Below are positions 50,490-64,000 of a stretch of 64,000 nt of DNA, in pieces; the stretch's first letter is position 1; each line of letters opens with the position of its first letter. The notes beneath the pieces were generated by a model. The model was not told the origin of the DNA, did no database searches, and saw only the letters and a list, made by a program, of their open reading frames with translations. The position numbers and the translations under genes are program-made. The DNA comes from Camelus dromedarius (lineage: Eukaryota): the NCBI RefSeq assembly GCF_036321535.1, contig NC_087437.1, positions 91,762,001 through 91,826,000 on the forward strand, in the 5' to 3' direction.

Positions 50490-50920
50490 AGGATACATCA
50501 AATGTTATTCAACCCATGAATAAATAGACTTTCATAAATGCATACAATGGAATACCATTTGGCAATATAAAAAAACAAAGTGCTGATACATTCCTTGGCA
50601 TGGGTAAACTTAAAAAAAGAAAAAATACTCCATTCTAAGTGAAAAGGTAGATGAAAAACATTAAATATTCTATGAGCCCACTTTGTTTGAAATGTCTAGA
50701 AAAGACACATTTATAGAGATCAGTGTTTGCCTGCAACTGGGAGGATGTGATTGGGGATTGATTAAAAATGAATTTGAGAGACATTTTGTGGATAATAAAA
50801 ATGTTCTTAAACTGGAGTATATTTGCATATCTATAAACTTACTTTAAAAAACACTAAATTGTATACTAACAATGGTTAAACTTTATGATATATAAATTAT
50901 AACACAACAAACTATAAAAT
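50490..50920 (+). mobile_element. L1MB/L1ME 3'UTR
   Basis: 'catacaatggaatacc...ctaagtgaaa...gaaatgtctagaaaagac...gatcagtgtttgcc...aaaatgttcttaaactgga...aaattgtatact...aaattataacacaac'. Confidence 0.8.
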
Positions 50921-51154
50921 ATTTTAAAATCTTACATTTTTTTCTCTGACTCATTGGCCAAGTGTTATTGGATTGTCATTCTTTATCTTTTAAAAAGTTT
51001 ACATTTGGCATCATTTTTGTTGATCAGCTTTTCTAGATATAAAACATTAATAAACTTTAGTGTTTTATGTTTTCAAATGAGAGAGTTACAAAGAGAAACT
51101 TATCCTTTTTATCTACTTGGCCAGAAGTAGTTGTTTTTGAGAGACTTTATGGGA

Positions 51155-51420
51155 GATTCTGTCTATTCCTATGGTTTCCATATGCTTAATATGTTGATAA
51201 TTCAAAAAAATCCTATTTAACTCTCCTCAAATTCCGTGTAGTTATACCTTCCTCCTAGATAGATTTATTTAAATAAGTAGTGGGTTTCTTAAATTCATCA
51301 TTTACAAAACTGAGCTCAGAATCTTTCAACCAAATTATTCTTCCATTTCCTACTTAATGGCGTTATTCACTAAGACCTTAATACAGGAACTTGGATCTTA
51401 TGATTGACTAAACTACTTAA
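51155..51420 (+). mobile_element. L2 fragment
   Basis: 'tattcctatggtttcca...tatgttgataattcaaa...cttaaattcatcatttacaaaactgagctc' is L2-like. Confidence 0.45.
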
Positions 51421-52019
51421 TGGCAGTGATGCCTTAGATAATCTATGTCAACTAAAGTAGCCAATAGATGGAGACCCTATTACAACTTTCAGTGATAAGC
51501 TTTTGAAACAAAAGTTTTGATGTTTCAGAATATAGTATGTTTTATTCTCTATAATATTAATTAGGTAGCAATGATTTCCAAACATAAATATTTCAATCCA
51601 TAAGTTAGAATCCTATATAAAGTTGATAGATTAACATAATGAATGCTTTTCAGATACCAAACCCATAGTATGATTTATAATTCATCTAAATCACCTTCTT
51701 AAAATTTTCTCAAAGTATATATGGATATAAGCAGCCCCAAATTTGATAAGGTTTTATTAAAACTCAATACTACACTTCTTAAATATTTAAAGGGAGATGG
51801 GTTTTCTTCTTATATTCCTATATATCTCTTCAGTTATTAAAGTATTAAAATATTTTGAATAATATATGCACTTTTTCTAATCAATGAAATATTCCTGTTT
51901 GTTAAATACTAGAAAGTACAGAAAAGAAGTTTGCAAAACACACTTACTATATGTCTGTAATAACCCAGGTATGATAAATAAAGAACTAAAAACTGTTGTC
52001 TAGGCTCAAAAGATTACTG

Positions 52020-53460
52020 ACAGTATTGTAAGCTATAGCCACCATGCTGTACGTTACATCCCCAGAAATGATTCATCTTGTAAATGGCAGTTTGTATCCT
52101 CTGACCACCTTCATCCATTTCCCTCACACTTCTACTCTCCACCCCTGGCGAAGAACAATCTGCTCTCTGTTTCTATGAGTTTGCTTTTTTGTTTTTAGAT
52201 TTCACATAAAAGTGAGACCATACAGTATTTGTCTTTCTCTGACTTATTTTAATTAGTCTAATGCCCTCAAGGTTAATCCTTTTTTTTTCAAACAGCAGAT
52301 TTCCATCTTTTATGGCTGAATAATATTCCATTATATGTATATCTTATTATATTTTCTATATATATGCATCCGCTGATGGATACTTAGGTTGTTTCCATGT
52401 CTTGGTCTTTGAATGTAATGCTTCAGTGAACATGGGAGTGTAGGTATCTCCTTAAATAGCAATTTAATTTCCTTCAGACATATGTCCAGAAGTGAAATTG
52501 CTGGATCATATGGTAGTTCTAGTTTTAATGTTTTACAGAACTGCATACTGTTTTCCATAGTGCCTGCACCAATTTACATTATACCAATAATGCACAAGGA
52601 TTTCATATTTCCTTTTCTCCACCTTCTCTCCAGCACTTGTTATCTTGTCTTTCTGATTATAGCCATTTTAACAGGTGAAGGTGATTTCTCATTATGGTCT
52701 TGATTTGTATTTCCCTTATGATCTATGATGTTGAGCATCTTTTCCTGTACTTATCGCCCATTTGAATATTTTCTTTGGAAAGATGTCAATTCAGATACTT
52801 CACTCATTTTTTAATCAGAATTTTTTTGTTATTGAGTTGTATGGGTTTCTTATATAACTTGGATATTAACACCTTATCAGATACGTGGTTTGCAAGTGTT
52901 GTCTCTCATTCTGTATGTTGCCTTTTCATTTTGTTGATATTTCTTTTGCTGTGCAGAGGCTTTTAAGTTTGAGATAGTCCCATTTGTTTATTTTTGCTCT
53001 TGTTGCTTGTGTTTTTGGTATCATATCCATAAAATCCTTGTCACTTGCCTTTTCAGTCTCTATCTTATCCCCAGTTGTCAAGCCCTGCAAATTAACCCAG
53101 TAACTCTTGTGAGGCAAGACCTGAGTGGGACTCTGGAAAGCATCTTGAAACACGGAGAATGCTAAATGTTCACCTTCAGGTCTCTTTTTTCGCACTGGAG
53201 AATCCTTCAGCCCAGGGAGGTCTTTTCAGTGCAGCATTGTGACTGCCTAAGGGAGGAGTGATGCAGTCAGAGCAGAGCCACTTTTTTTACCCTTCTAATG
53301 TGGTCCTCCTTCTTCATCTCTGTGGTCCATAGGAATGCTTTAGCCCACTCCACCAGGTTCTAGGATTTTCACAATGGTGTCTTGTCTGTGGATACTTGAT
53401 AGATGGTCGTCTTGTGAAGGAGGACTAAAGTTGAGAATGACCTATATCACTGTCTTGATA
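52020..53460 (-). mobile_element. LINE-1 (L1MA9/L1M3-like): 3'UTR and ORF2 end fused to ~420 bp of 5'UTR
   Basis: ORF remnants 'LELPYDPAISLLDI' and '[32 protein letters not shown]'. 53040-53460 is GC-richer and ends 'gttgagaatgacctatatcactgtcttg', like the antisense L1 5' terminus. Confidence 0.82.
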
Positions 53461-54274
53461 GATCTACTTTTTTAAAGAAAGAAATGCAGCCCATCTCTCT
53501 TCAGAATTATATAGTATGTATAACTTCAACTCTTTTTCTTAAATGTCATATTATCTCTTTCTAATGCTTCCTTTGATTTACTTCATTATATGATCTGTGT
53601 TTATTTTGGTATCATGGGGGTGAATATACTTAGAATCTTTCTATCTGTTCTGTGGTCCGATAGGATTTGATTTTATTATTTTGATAGCTAAACAGAATGT
53701 CCATTGATTCTCAATAATGAAATGGTACTTCTATTTTCATACCTTTTTATACCATCCACTTTTGTATATTTTAGTTATATTATTAATTTTATACGATGAA
53801 CAGTCATAGAATTTGCAGTCTACAGGCATAACTTGATGTATTACACTTTGCTTTATTGCACTTTACAAATATTACATTTTTCACCAATTGAAATTTGTGG
53901 CAACCTGCATCAAGCAAGTCAATTGACAATATTTTCCCAACAGCAATTGCTCACTCCCTCCTTGTCTCTGTTACATTTTGGTAATTCTCTCAATATTTCA
54001 AACTTTTCCATATTATTGCATTTGCCATGGTCATCTGTGATTACTAATTTTTGATATTACTATTGTAATTATCTTCAGTGCTACATATTGTGCCCTTATG
54101 AGATGGCAGATTTAATTGCTAGATGGTGTGTGTATTCTGACTGCTCTACCAACCCACCATTCCTTCATATTTCTCCTTCTCCTCAGGCCTCCCTATTCCC
54201 TGAAACACAATGATATTGATATTAGGCCAAATAATAACCCTCCAGTGGACTCTAGGTGTTCAAGTGAAGGGAAG

Positions 54275-55793
54275 AATGCCATGTCTCTCACTTTAAACCC
54301 AAAGCTAGAAATGAGTATTCTTAGAAAGGAAGGCATGTTGTAAGCTAAGACAGGCAGAAAGCTAGGCCTCCTGAGCCAGTTAGCTAAGCCATGAATGCAG
54401 AGGGAAAGTTCTTGAAGAAATGTAAAAGTGTTACTTCAGTGAACAATAATAAGATTGACAAAAAGTGATAAGAAAGTGAAACAGGCTTATTGCTGATATG
54501 GAGAAAGTTCTAGTGGTCTGCGTATAAGATCAATCCAGACACAATATTCCCTTAAACTAAAATCTAATTCAGAGCAAGACTGTAACTCTTCGATTCTATG
54601 AAAACTGAGAGAGGTGAGGAAGCTGCAGAAGAAAAGTCTGAAGCTCCTAGAGGATGGGTCACAAGTTGTTAGGAAAGAAGTCATCTCCATAACATAAAAG
54701 TGCACGGAGAAGCATCAAGTGCTGATGTAGAAGCTGCAACTAGTTATCCAGAAGATCTAGTCAAGATCATTAATGAAGGTGGCTACGCTAAACAACAGGT
54801 TTTCAGTGGCAATAGAATAGCCTTATTTTGGAAGAACATACCATTTAGGACTTTAATAGTCAGAGAGGAAAAGTCAATGTCTGGCTCTAAGGTCTCAAAG
54901 AACAGATTGACATTCTTGTTAGGGGCTAATTCAGCTGGTAACTTTAAGTTGAAGCTTATGCTCCTTTATTATTCTAAAAAGCCTAAGGCCCTTAAGAATC
55001 ATGCTAAATTGACACTGTCTGTTCTATAAATGGAATAACAAAGTCCAGATGACAGCACGTCTGTTTACAACATGGTTCACTGAATATGTTAAGCCCACTG
55101 TGGAGACCTATTTCTCAGAAAATAAAAGATTCCTTTCAAAACATGACTGCTCATTGACAATGCTCCTGGTCACCCAAGAGCTGTGATGGAGATGTACAAT
55201 GAGCTGAATGTTGTTTTCATGCCTCCTATCACAACATCCATTCTGCAGCCCATAGATCAAGAAGTAATTTTGACTTTTGAGTGTTACTAACTGGAAAATA
55301 AATTTCTTAAGGCTATAGCTGTCATAGTTATTCGTCTGATGAATCTGGGCAAAGAAAATTGAAAACCTTCTGGAAAGGATTCATCATTCTAGATGCCATT
55401 AAAAACCTCTGTGATTCATGGGAAGAGGTCAAAATATCAACATTAGCTAGAGTTTCGAAAAAGTTGATTCCAACCCTCATCAGTGACTTTCAGGGGTTTA
55501 AGACTTCAGTGGAGGCAATAAATACAAATGTGATGTAAATAGCAAGAGAACCAGATTTAGTAATGGAGCTTGAAGATGTGACTGAATTGCTGCAATTTCA
55601 TGATATAACTTGAAAGGATGAGGAGTTGCTTCTTATGGAAGAGCAAAGAAAATGGCTTCCTGAGGTGGAATCTACTCCTGGTGAAGATGCTATACAGATT
55701 GTTGAAATGACAACAAAGGATTTAGAATATTATGTAAACTTAGTTGATAAAGCTAAGGCTTTGAGAGGATTGGCTCCAATTTTGAAAGAAGTT
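54275..55793 (+). pseudogene. Disrupted Tigger1 (pogo-like DDD) transposase
   Basis: Fragments 'MSLTLNPKLEM', '[31 protein letters not shown]', '[20 protein letters not shown]', '[27 protein letters not shown]', broken by stops and frameshifts. Confidence 0.9.
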
Positions 55794-56790
55794 TATAGCT
55801 CATACAACTTAATAACAAAAAAACAGCCCAATCCAAAAATGGGCAGAAGACATAAATAAGCAATTCTCCAATGAAGACATACAAATGGCCAATAGGCACA
55901 TGAAAAAAATGCTCAATATTGCTAAATATCAGATAAAAGCAAATCAAAACTACAATGAGGTATCGCCTCACACCAGTCAGAATGGCCATAATTAAAAAGT
56001 CCACAAATACCATATGATAAATGCTGGAGAGGGTGCAGAGAAAAGGAAACCTTCCTACACTGTTGGTGGGAATGTAGTTTGGTGCAGCCACTGTGGAAAA
56101 CAGTATGGAGATTTCTTTAAAAACTAAAAATAGACTTACCATATGACCCAGCAATCCCACCCTTGAGCATATATCTAGAGGGAACCCTAATTCTAAAAGA
56201 CACATGCACCTCTATTTATAGCAGCACTATTTACAATAGTCAAGACATGGAAACAACCTAAATGTCCATCGATAGATGACTGGATAAAGCAGCAGCAGTA
56301 TATTTATACAGTGGACTACTACTCAGCCATAAAAAAGAATAAAATAATGCCATTTGCAGCAACATGAATGAACCTGGAGATCGTCATTCTAAGTGAAGTA
56401 AGCCAGAAAGAGAAAGAAAAATACCATATGACATCACTTATATGTGGAATCTCAAAAAAAAAAAAAAAAGACACAAATGAACTTATCTACAAAACAGAAA
56501 CAGACTCACAGATACAGAAAACAGACTTATGGTTACTGGGGAGGAGTTGGGGAGAGATAAATTGGGAGTTCGAGATTTGCATATACTAACTACTATATAT
56601 AAAACAGATAAACAACAGATTTTTTCTGTATAGCACAGGGAACTATATTCAATATCTTACAGTAACCCATAATGAGAAAGAATATGAAAATGAATATATG
56701 TATGTATATATGTGACTGAAACATGCTGTACACTAGAAGTTGACACAGCATTGTAAACTGACTATACTTCAACTAAAAATTTTAAGTTTT
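55794..56790 (+). mobile_element. Young 5'-truncated camelid-type LINE-1 inside Tigger1
   Basis: ORF2 end and 3'UTR to 'gtaaactgactatacttcaa'. Short degenerate TSD aagaagtt / aaaaagtt. Tigger1 resumes with 'atactgt...ctatcaaacagcattacatgcta'. Confidence 0.93.
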
Positions 56791-58691
56791 AAAAAGTTAT
56801 ACTGTTAAGATTTATCCATTAAAAAAACACTATCAAACAGCATTACATGCTATAGAGAAGTTGTCCATGAAAGGAAGATTCAACTGATAAGGCAGATTTT
56901 ATTGTTTTATTTAAAAAATTGCCACAGCCACCCAACCTTCAGCAACCACCATCCTGATCAATCAGCAGCCATCAACATTAAGGCAGATTCTCCACCAGCA
57001 AAAAGGTGAAGGCACACTCACTGACATTTCAAATGATGGTTATCATGTTTTAGCAATTAATTACTTTTTAATTGTTTTTGTATACATAATTCTATTGCAT
57101 AGTCAATAGTGTAGTCTACAACCAAATTTTATATGCACTGGGAAGCCAAGCAATTCATGTGATTTGTTTGATTGAGAAGCTTGCTTTATTACAGTGGTCT
57201 GGAATCATACAATATCTCTGAGATATGCCCATATTCTTAATAAGAATTCTCAAAATGTATTAATTCATATTTTATTTGATTTAATTCTTATATTTAGACT
57301 TTTAAAATTTGATTTTTACTGAATATAATTTATTGTTCATCAAGTTTTTACTTTATTATTGTTAAAGTTTTGAGAAATACTGTATTCCATATCACCTCAC
57401 ACTTTCAGACATTACTATGTAGAATCAAAGATTCTTGAATTAGCTTTGTCTTGTCTCATACTTTTAAGCACTTAGATTATTATGTATGATAATTACTTCT
57501 ATTGTTTTTGATACAAAGCTATAATCTTTAATCAATGTATTTCACTGTTATAGAGATAGTCTCTTGCTCTACTTATTCCTTTAGATATATTTACCTCATA
57601 TAATAGATTGTTGGTTGAGTTTGTTAGGTATTTGTTAATTTAAATAGAGGGATTGAAATTATGTGCTTTGTCTAAAGACGTGAGTACCAACTCCATGATT
57701 AGTATTCTCCCTCATTATCATATATTTTCTGTGTGTCTTTAAAATACATATAAATCTGTGGTTTATGGTTGTAGCCATTACTTTGAATACAGATGGAGTT
57801 CTCTTAGCCATTTCACTAAAATTTTCAATAGATAATTCAGGTTTCAGGGTAAAATTAAAATAGCTGTACTGTATTCATTTCTATTATAAATTATATAAAT
57901 GTGTTTGAACACTTTGACAAAATTTGAAAAATAAAAATAAAAGCCAGATTAAAAAACTGGTTTCTAATCTTTACATATGGACAGAAAAGAAAATGAAGTT
58001 AAATGTTTTAATGCACATATGTTCCTAGAGCAAATATTTAAGACTGTGCAAATGTTCTCAGTTTGCAAATACTGAAAATATGATTTCCTGTTTTGCAGGT
58101 TTTAACTTTACAAAATTTCTAGGTTAGCTTATTCTCAATTGAGCATAATTATGTTAACATTTATTAAGACTTAGAAATTTGAAATCTGTTATTAAAAATT
58201 TAAAGGCATACAAGATAATGAAATAGTCTACAAAAATAAGCTAAAGAGAAATATGAAAAATTCAAGCCAAATCAATATCTTTAGAAAGAATATAGGCAAG
58301 TAGCCTGAGAATTAAGGAAAAGAAAATGATTTTAACTACTCAGGAAATACCAAATTTTTATTGTTCAGCTATGTGAATCATCTGCTCCCAATGATTCAGA
58401 TCACTGGATAACTTCCTATAAGTTTCTTTGATTTTACCTGAGAAGAAGTAGTTTTTCTCTACATTCAAGCAAATTCCTATCTAAGCAAGCAAAATAAGGC
58501 AAAAGAGGTATTTTAAAAAGTAGTGTCATGAACTATTCATTTGAAGAGGCACCCAACTGAGAACACATTTTTTTAATTTGAAGTTTCAGATATGTGCTGT
58601 CTTAAAGACAAGTATATGGATTTTTCTTGTCTAAAAATTTCAGTTGCTTTTGAATTTTCTAAAAGTCTTAGATTTTTTAAAGAACAATGCT

Positions 58692-58709
58692 TTGTTTTGT
58701 TTTGTTTTG

Positions 58710-58740
<31 letters not shown>
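58692..58740. repeat. (TTTTG)n pentanucleotide microsatellite
   Basis: Directly visible perfect array. Confidence 0.95.
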
Positions 58741-58741
<1 letters not shown>

Positions 58742-61284
58742 CCACTCTAGATTTCCATAATGTGAAACAAATTTTTCAGTGTGACAAATAATATCCACCA
58801 CCATGGACTAGAAGACTATTTCTTATTTGTAAGAACAAAATAGCATGAAGAGTTATTTCTTCAATTTCTTTCAGAACAGGGAAATAATTTGCAGCCTAAC
58901 TTTATTTCTTTGTCTTTGTGGAAGTGTTAGTAATTCAGTTGATTTCCAACAGCCTTTCTTGAGCAGCTACAGCATTCCGGGGGGAAGTTTCATTAAAAGA
59001 AAGTAGAATGGCAACTGGCTTCTTTTTAACTATACAAATTCTGAATTGAACTATTCACAATTACTATATAGCATTTATCCCCTTTCTATGAGAGTTTGAA
59101 ATAAAAATTTAGTTTGAAAACATGCAATTATTTTAATACTTTGTCTTATTTCTTATGACTACTTCATTGCCTGCTACTAATTATGCTTGAAAATAATATA
59201 TTTTAAAACTTAGAATATTAATTAGTGTATATGTTTAAATTCTCTTAATCAGTACTTTTAAGTAATGTCACATGATTTAAAATGTGTGATACAGTTATTA
59301 CCAATTCAAGTTATAATATGAAGTTTACATTTTTAAAAAATCCCCCCAAAAACTTGCCAGAAAAAGAATATTTAGGAGAACATATTGCTTATAAGTGATT
59401 ATCATTATTCCACTGATTAGGTGTTTTGTGTAATTTTACTGTTTTTTTTTTCCTCAAAAGTCAGACTTTCTACATTCCAACCTCCCTGATCCAAGGAGGT
59501 GAATGGAACATGTTGATTCTAGAAAAGTGTTTTATAACTGGAAATTCATTACTTGGGTTTTCTTAATTCCTTGAATAACTTAATTTGACTGTTATGATTT
59601 TAAATCTCTATAATTGTCTCACTTCCATATGCTGAAAGCCTAGATTCTGTAAATTGCTTGAATCTAGAAAAGAAATAATAGTGATAACATATGTTCTTCA
59701 CTGGCCTCTGAGGTTCACTATGGGTATTGGTGATAGTTACTCAATAATGGCTGAAATCTAGGCAAAAAATTATTTATGAAAGTATTGAACTATAGGTAAT
59801 TGAAAGTGGAAAATTAGAAGCCATTTAGTTTATTAGAAAAATTGAAAAGGAAATTGTGCCACATTACATTTTAGTTGCAAAAACATACAAAATAAGTTAA
59901 AATATTTTTATATTTGTGTTTTGTTTTTATGAAGTAATATTTTATAGTAGATTATTTGTAAATACATATAGCTATAACAAAGTTAAAACCTGTTAATCAT
60001 TCTACCACAAAAAAAAACACTCCTAAAATTCTGATATATGAAACTGGAATCTTATTGTACATACAGGTCCTTTAAAAAAATTATTACACTGTGACAATTA
60101 CATATTACTTAAAAACATGATTTTAATAATTCCATATTAAGTATACATGTTTTCAATACCCTCAATTTATTTAGGCATTATTTTTATACTGAGTTACTAC
60201 TATTTAGTCATTTATTAGTTGATTTTCAATTTACTTAGACAATAAGCCAAATAATATATTAACACAGATGACTTGCACATTTCTTTTTTTTTAAATTTTG
60301 CCCTGAAAACTTGAACATTTTAACAAACTCGAGGCATTTAATATATATTAGTGTTACGTATTGCATTTCAAAAATTTCAAATTGTGAAATTTAAAATTTT
60401 TCTTTCTTTTCAGTATCTTCATTTGATTATATATTTTATGTTATATCTATAGTAATCTCAATTTGTTCTTTTCTATTTCCATAAAGTTAAAGCTTAACCT
60501 CAAATAAACAGTTGAACTATCAAGACTTCTCTACGACTTTGAAATGCAAATTTCACTAATGAATGAAATACTGACACAGATTTGAAACTTTTCTTAGATC
60601 TTTGCAAACTGTACATTGATTGACTTATGTTCTCTAGTACTACATACTGTTTTTAGCTTTAGATTATTTAAATGAACAGTGCTTAATCAAGCACTACTCT
60701 TAGTGTAGTGCTTAACAATACTCTACTAGTGTCATTTATAGTTAGACATTTTAAAAAATCATCTCAGTAATATGATTGGAACTAAATTAAACCTATCAGC
60801 AAATTGGGCATTGTTGCATTGTATTAAACAGTGTCCTTCAATAATGCTGTCTAACCAACAATCAACCTCAAAGACCAACAATACCAAAAACAACACTTCT
60901 TTGTCTTTATTTTCAACATTTATGAAATTTCACTTCTATATACATTTTTTAACTGGTTTGTTTGCTTTTTCTTTCTTTAACTCACCAAAGGTATTTTTTA
61001 AAATTTTGTTTTTCTTTCTTTCTTTCTTTCTTTAGTAATTGTTTCCCTATTCTTGAGGAATGATATATCTATTAGGTGAGCCATTTATAGGTCCTTCTTA
61101 AAATATTGTAGGTTCAGATAAAAGGAACAAAAAGAGCTAAGGTAAAATTTTTAACAGCTCTACTCTACCAGTTCAGGAATATAGTAAATTGGCAGTATTA
61201 AAGACAGAGAAAAATTAGTAACAGAAGATATTATTCCTTTATCCTGAAGAGTATCATCCTTACTGCATCGCCCCTTTGAGAAAA

Positions 61285-63149
61285 TGTTTATATTTAAGGT
61301 GTACAACATGCTGCTTTGATATACACATGCTTTGTGAAATGATTACTACAGCCAACCTAATTAACGTATCCATATCCTCACATAGTTATGTTTTTGTGTA
61401 TGGGTGGAAAGAAAACTTAAGATCTACTCTCAGCAAATTTCAAGTATATGACACAATGTCATTAACTATAGTAACCACTAGATATGTAGAATTTATTCAT
61501 CATACATAACTGGAACTTTGTATCATTTGACCAATATCTCACCATTTCTCTCACCCTGTACCCCTGGAAAACCACCATTCTGATCTCTGCTTATATTAAT
61601 TTGATAGAATCTATGCATTTTTTAGATTGCACATTTTTTATTTCTGTGTCTGGCCTATTTCACTTATCATAATTACCTCCAAGTTTATACATATTGTTGT
61701 AAATGGCAGATCTCCTTTTTTAAAACTGAGTAACATTTTGTTGTGCATACACATACACATATGTGTGTGCATATATGTGTGTGTGTGTGTATATTTCCAT
61801 TCATCTGTCAACAGAAACTTAGGTTATTTCCATATTATGGCTACTATAAATAATGCAGTGTACATGGGAGTGCAGATCTCTCTTTCAGATTCTGATTTCT
61901 CTTCCTTTGGATGTATACTCAGTAGTGGAATTGCTGGGTCATATGATAATTTTAGTTTTAATTTTTCAAGAAGCCTCCATACTCTTTTCCATAATGGCTA
62001 TACCAATTGACATGCCCACCAACTGTGTACAATGGGTTTTCTTTACTTCACCTCCTTGTCAACATTTGTAAACTTTTATCTTCTTGGTAGTGGCCATCCT
62101 AACAGGTGTGATTTGATATCTCATTGTGGTTTTGATTACATTTCCCTGATAATCAGTGGTGCTAAGCACCTTTTCAAATATCTGGAAGCTGTATGTCTTT
62201 GGAAACTGTCTGTTCAGGTCCTCTGCCTATTTTTTTAAATCTGGTTACTGTGTTATTTGAGTTCCTCATATGTTTTGGATATTGACTCCTTATCAGATTT
62301 GCAAGTATTTTCTCCCATTTAATATATTGCCTTTTTACTTAATTGACTTTTTTCCTTTGCTTTGTAGAAGCTTTTTAGTTTGATGTAGTTACATTTGTTT
62401 ATTTTCCGTTTTGTTGCCTCAATTTTTGGTGCCATTTTCGTAAAATCATTGCCAAGACCAATGTCAAAGAGGTTTTCCCTTGTTTTCTTCTAGGAATTTT
62501 ATGTTTTCAGGCCTTATGTTTAAGTTGTCAATTTATTTCAAATTTTTCTGTATGCTCTGATAGAAGAGCTAATGTCAATCTTTTGCATGTGGATATCCAA
62601 TTTTCCCAACAACATTAATTGAAGAGTCTCTCCCCATTGTGTAGTCTTGGAACCCTTGCCGAAGATTAGCTGAAAATATATGTATGGTTTATTTTTTTAA
62701 CTCTTGTTTTTTATTGAAGTGTAGTCTATTTACAGTGCTAGTTTCAGGTATACAGCAAAGCAATTCAGCTATACATAAACATACATAATTATATATTTTT
62801 TCAGTTTCTTTTCCATTACTGCTCATTGCAAGAAATGTATAGTTCCCTTTGTTATACAGTAGGTCCTTGTTGTTTATCTATTTTGTATATAGTAATATAT
62901 ATCTGTTAATCCCAAACTCCTAATCTATCCCTCAACCCTCTTCCCCCTGGTAATCAGTTTGTTTTCTATGTCCATGAATCTATTTCTGGTTTATAAATAA
63001 TTATTTTTAGATTCCATATATGTGACATCATATAATATTAGTCTTTCTTTGCCTGACTTACTTCACTTAATATGATAATCTCTAGATCCATCCATGTTTT
63101 CTGCAAATGGCATTATTTTATTCTTTTTTACAGCTGAGTAATATTCCTC

Positions 63150-63204
<55 letters not shown>

Positions 63205-64000
63205 ATCATATCTTCTTTACTTATTCAACTGTTGATGGATATATGTATGGTTTATTTCTGGGCCCTCTATTCTGTTCCTTAGGTCTATGTGTCTTTTTTA
63301 TGGCAAAACCATACTTCTTTAATTAAATAGTTTTATAATATAATTTGAAATTGTGATGCCTCAAACTTTATTCCTCTTTCTCAAGATCACTTTGGCTGTT
63401 TAGGGTCTTTTGTGGTTCCATACAAATTTTAGTACTGTTTTATCTATCTATTTGAAAAATGTCATGGGATATTGACAGGAATTGTACCAAATTCATATAG
63501 GATATTTGGATAGTGTGGAAATTTTAACAATATTAATTCTCCCAATGTAAGAACACATAACAGCTTTCCATTTATTTGTGTCAGTTTCTTTCATCACTCT
63601 TTTATAGTTTTCAGTGTACAAATATTTTACTTCCTTGGTTAAATTTATTTTTAAATATTTGATTGTTTTTAATGATATTATAGATGGAACTGTTTTTGAT
63701 TTCTTTTTTTTCTTAATTTCTTTGTTGATGTAAAATGCTACTGAGTTTTGTATATTGATTTTTTAATTTGCAACTTTACTGAATTTATTAGTTTGAAGTT
63801 TTTTTTTAATGGAATCTTTAGGGTTTTTTACATATAAGATCATGTCATTTACAAACAGATAATTTTACTTCTTTCTTTCAGTTTTGGATTACTTTATTAT
63901 TTTTTTCTTGTCTACATAATTGTTCTGGCTAGGAATTAGAGGACTATGTTAAATAGAAGTGGTGAGAGTGGGCAATCTTACTGGATCTTAGTTTTTCCCA
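61285..64000 (-). mobile_element. LINE-1 (L1MA9-like) 3'UTR and ORF2, running off the window end
   Basis: 3' end 'tatatttaaggtgtacaacatg...gtgaaatgattactaca...aagatctactctcagcaaatttcaagtat'. Antisense ORF2 continues to 64000. Confidence 0.9.
62695..63238 (-). mobile_element. Young L1 3'UTR fragment nested in the older L1
   Basis: Perfect 19-bp TSD 'atatatgtatggtttattt' at 62676-62694 and 63239-63257. Contains (TG)n at ~63150-63204. Confidence 0.93.

Larger units (their letters stand above)
53823..57231 (+). mobile_element. Near full-length Tigger1 DNA transposon, interrupted by an L1
   Basis: TA|caggcataactt... left end and ...aatatctctgagatatgccca|TA right end. About 2.4 kb after removing the L1. 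Transposase remnants lie inside. Confidence 0.95.

Noticed and set aside
55753..56205. 150-aa minus-strand ORF resembling database 'hypothetical proteins'
   Set aside because: It is the antisense frame of L1 ORF2, a common annotation artefact.
58099..58122. Possible 24-nt micro-exon after 'ttcctgttttgcag'
   Set aside because: The donor (gttagc) is weak and nothing else supports it.
1..64000. CRISPR array, operon, defence system or other novel multi-gene system
   Set aside because: There is no regularly spaced repeat-spacer array and no long intact ORF. The repeated sequences are explained by known mammalian transposon families and microsatellites.

Overview
This is mammalian nuclear DNA: AT-rich, CpG-depleted and dense in interspersed repeats. 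It is most likely from a camelid (alpaca/llama/camel), judged from a tRNA-derived SINE at ~15.5 kb and the youngest L1 3' ends. I see no intact protein-coding gene, RNA gene, CpG island or prokaryote-type system. The recognisable ORFs in the track are decayed LINE-1 ORF1/ORF2 fragments (or their antisense frames) and Tigger1 transposase remnants. Roughly half the window is LINE-1 of several ages, often nested. The rest includes a near full-length Tigger1 split by a young L1, an LTR-int-LTR MaLR (MLT1) relic, solo MLT1/MLT2 LTRs, MER2, MER20, L2, MIR, L3/CR1 and microsatellites. It reads as a gene desert or a large intron. The most notable structure is in how the retroelements inserted: a twin-primed inverted L1, two L1s whose 5' end is fused directly to ORF2, a possible 3' transduction, and clean target-site duplications (TSDs). 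There are also a few unproven exon-like or enhancer-like segments in unique DNA. Family names come from recalled consensus sequences, not a database search, so subfamily calls and boundaries are approximate. I found no convincing novel biological system.
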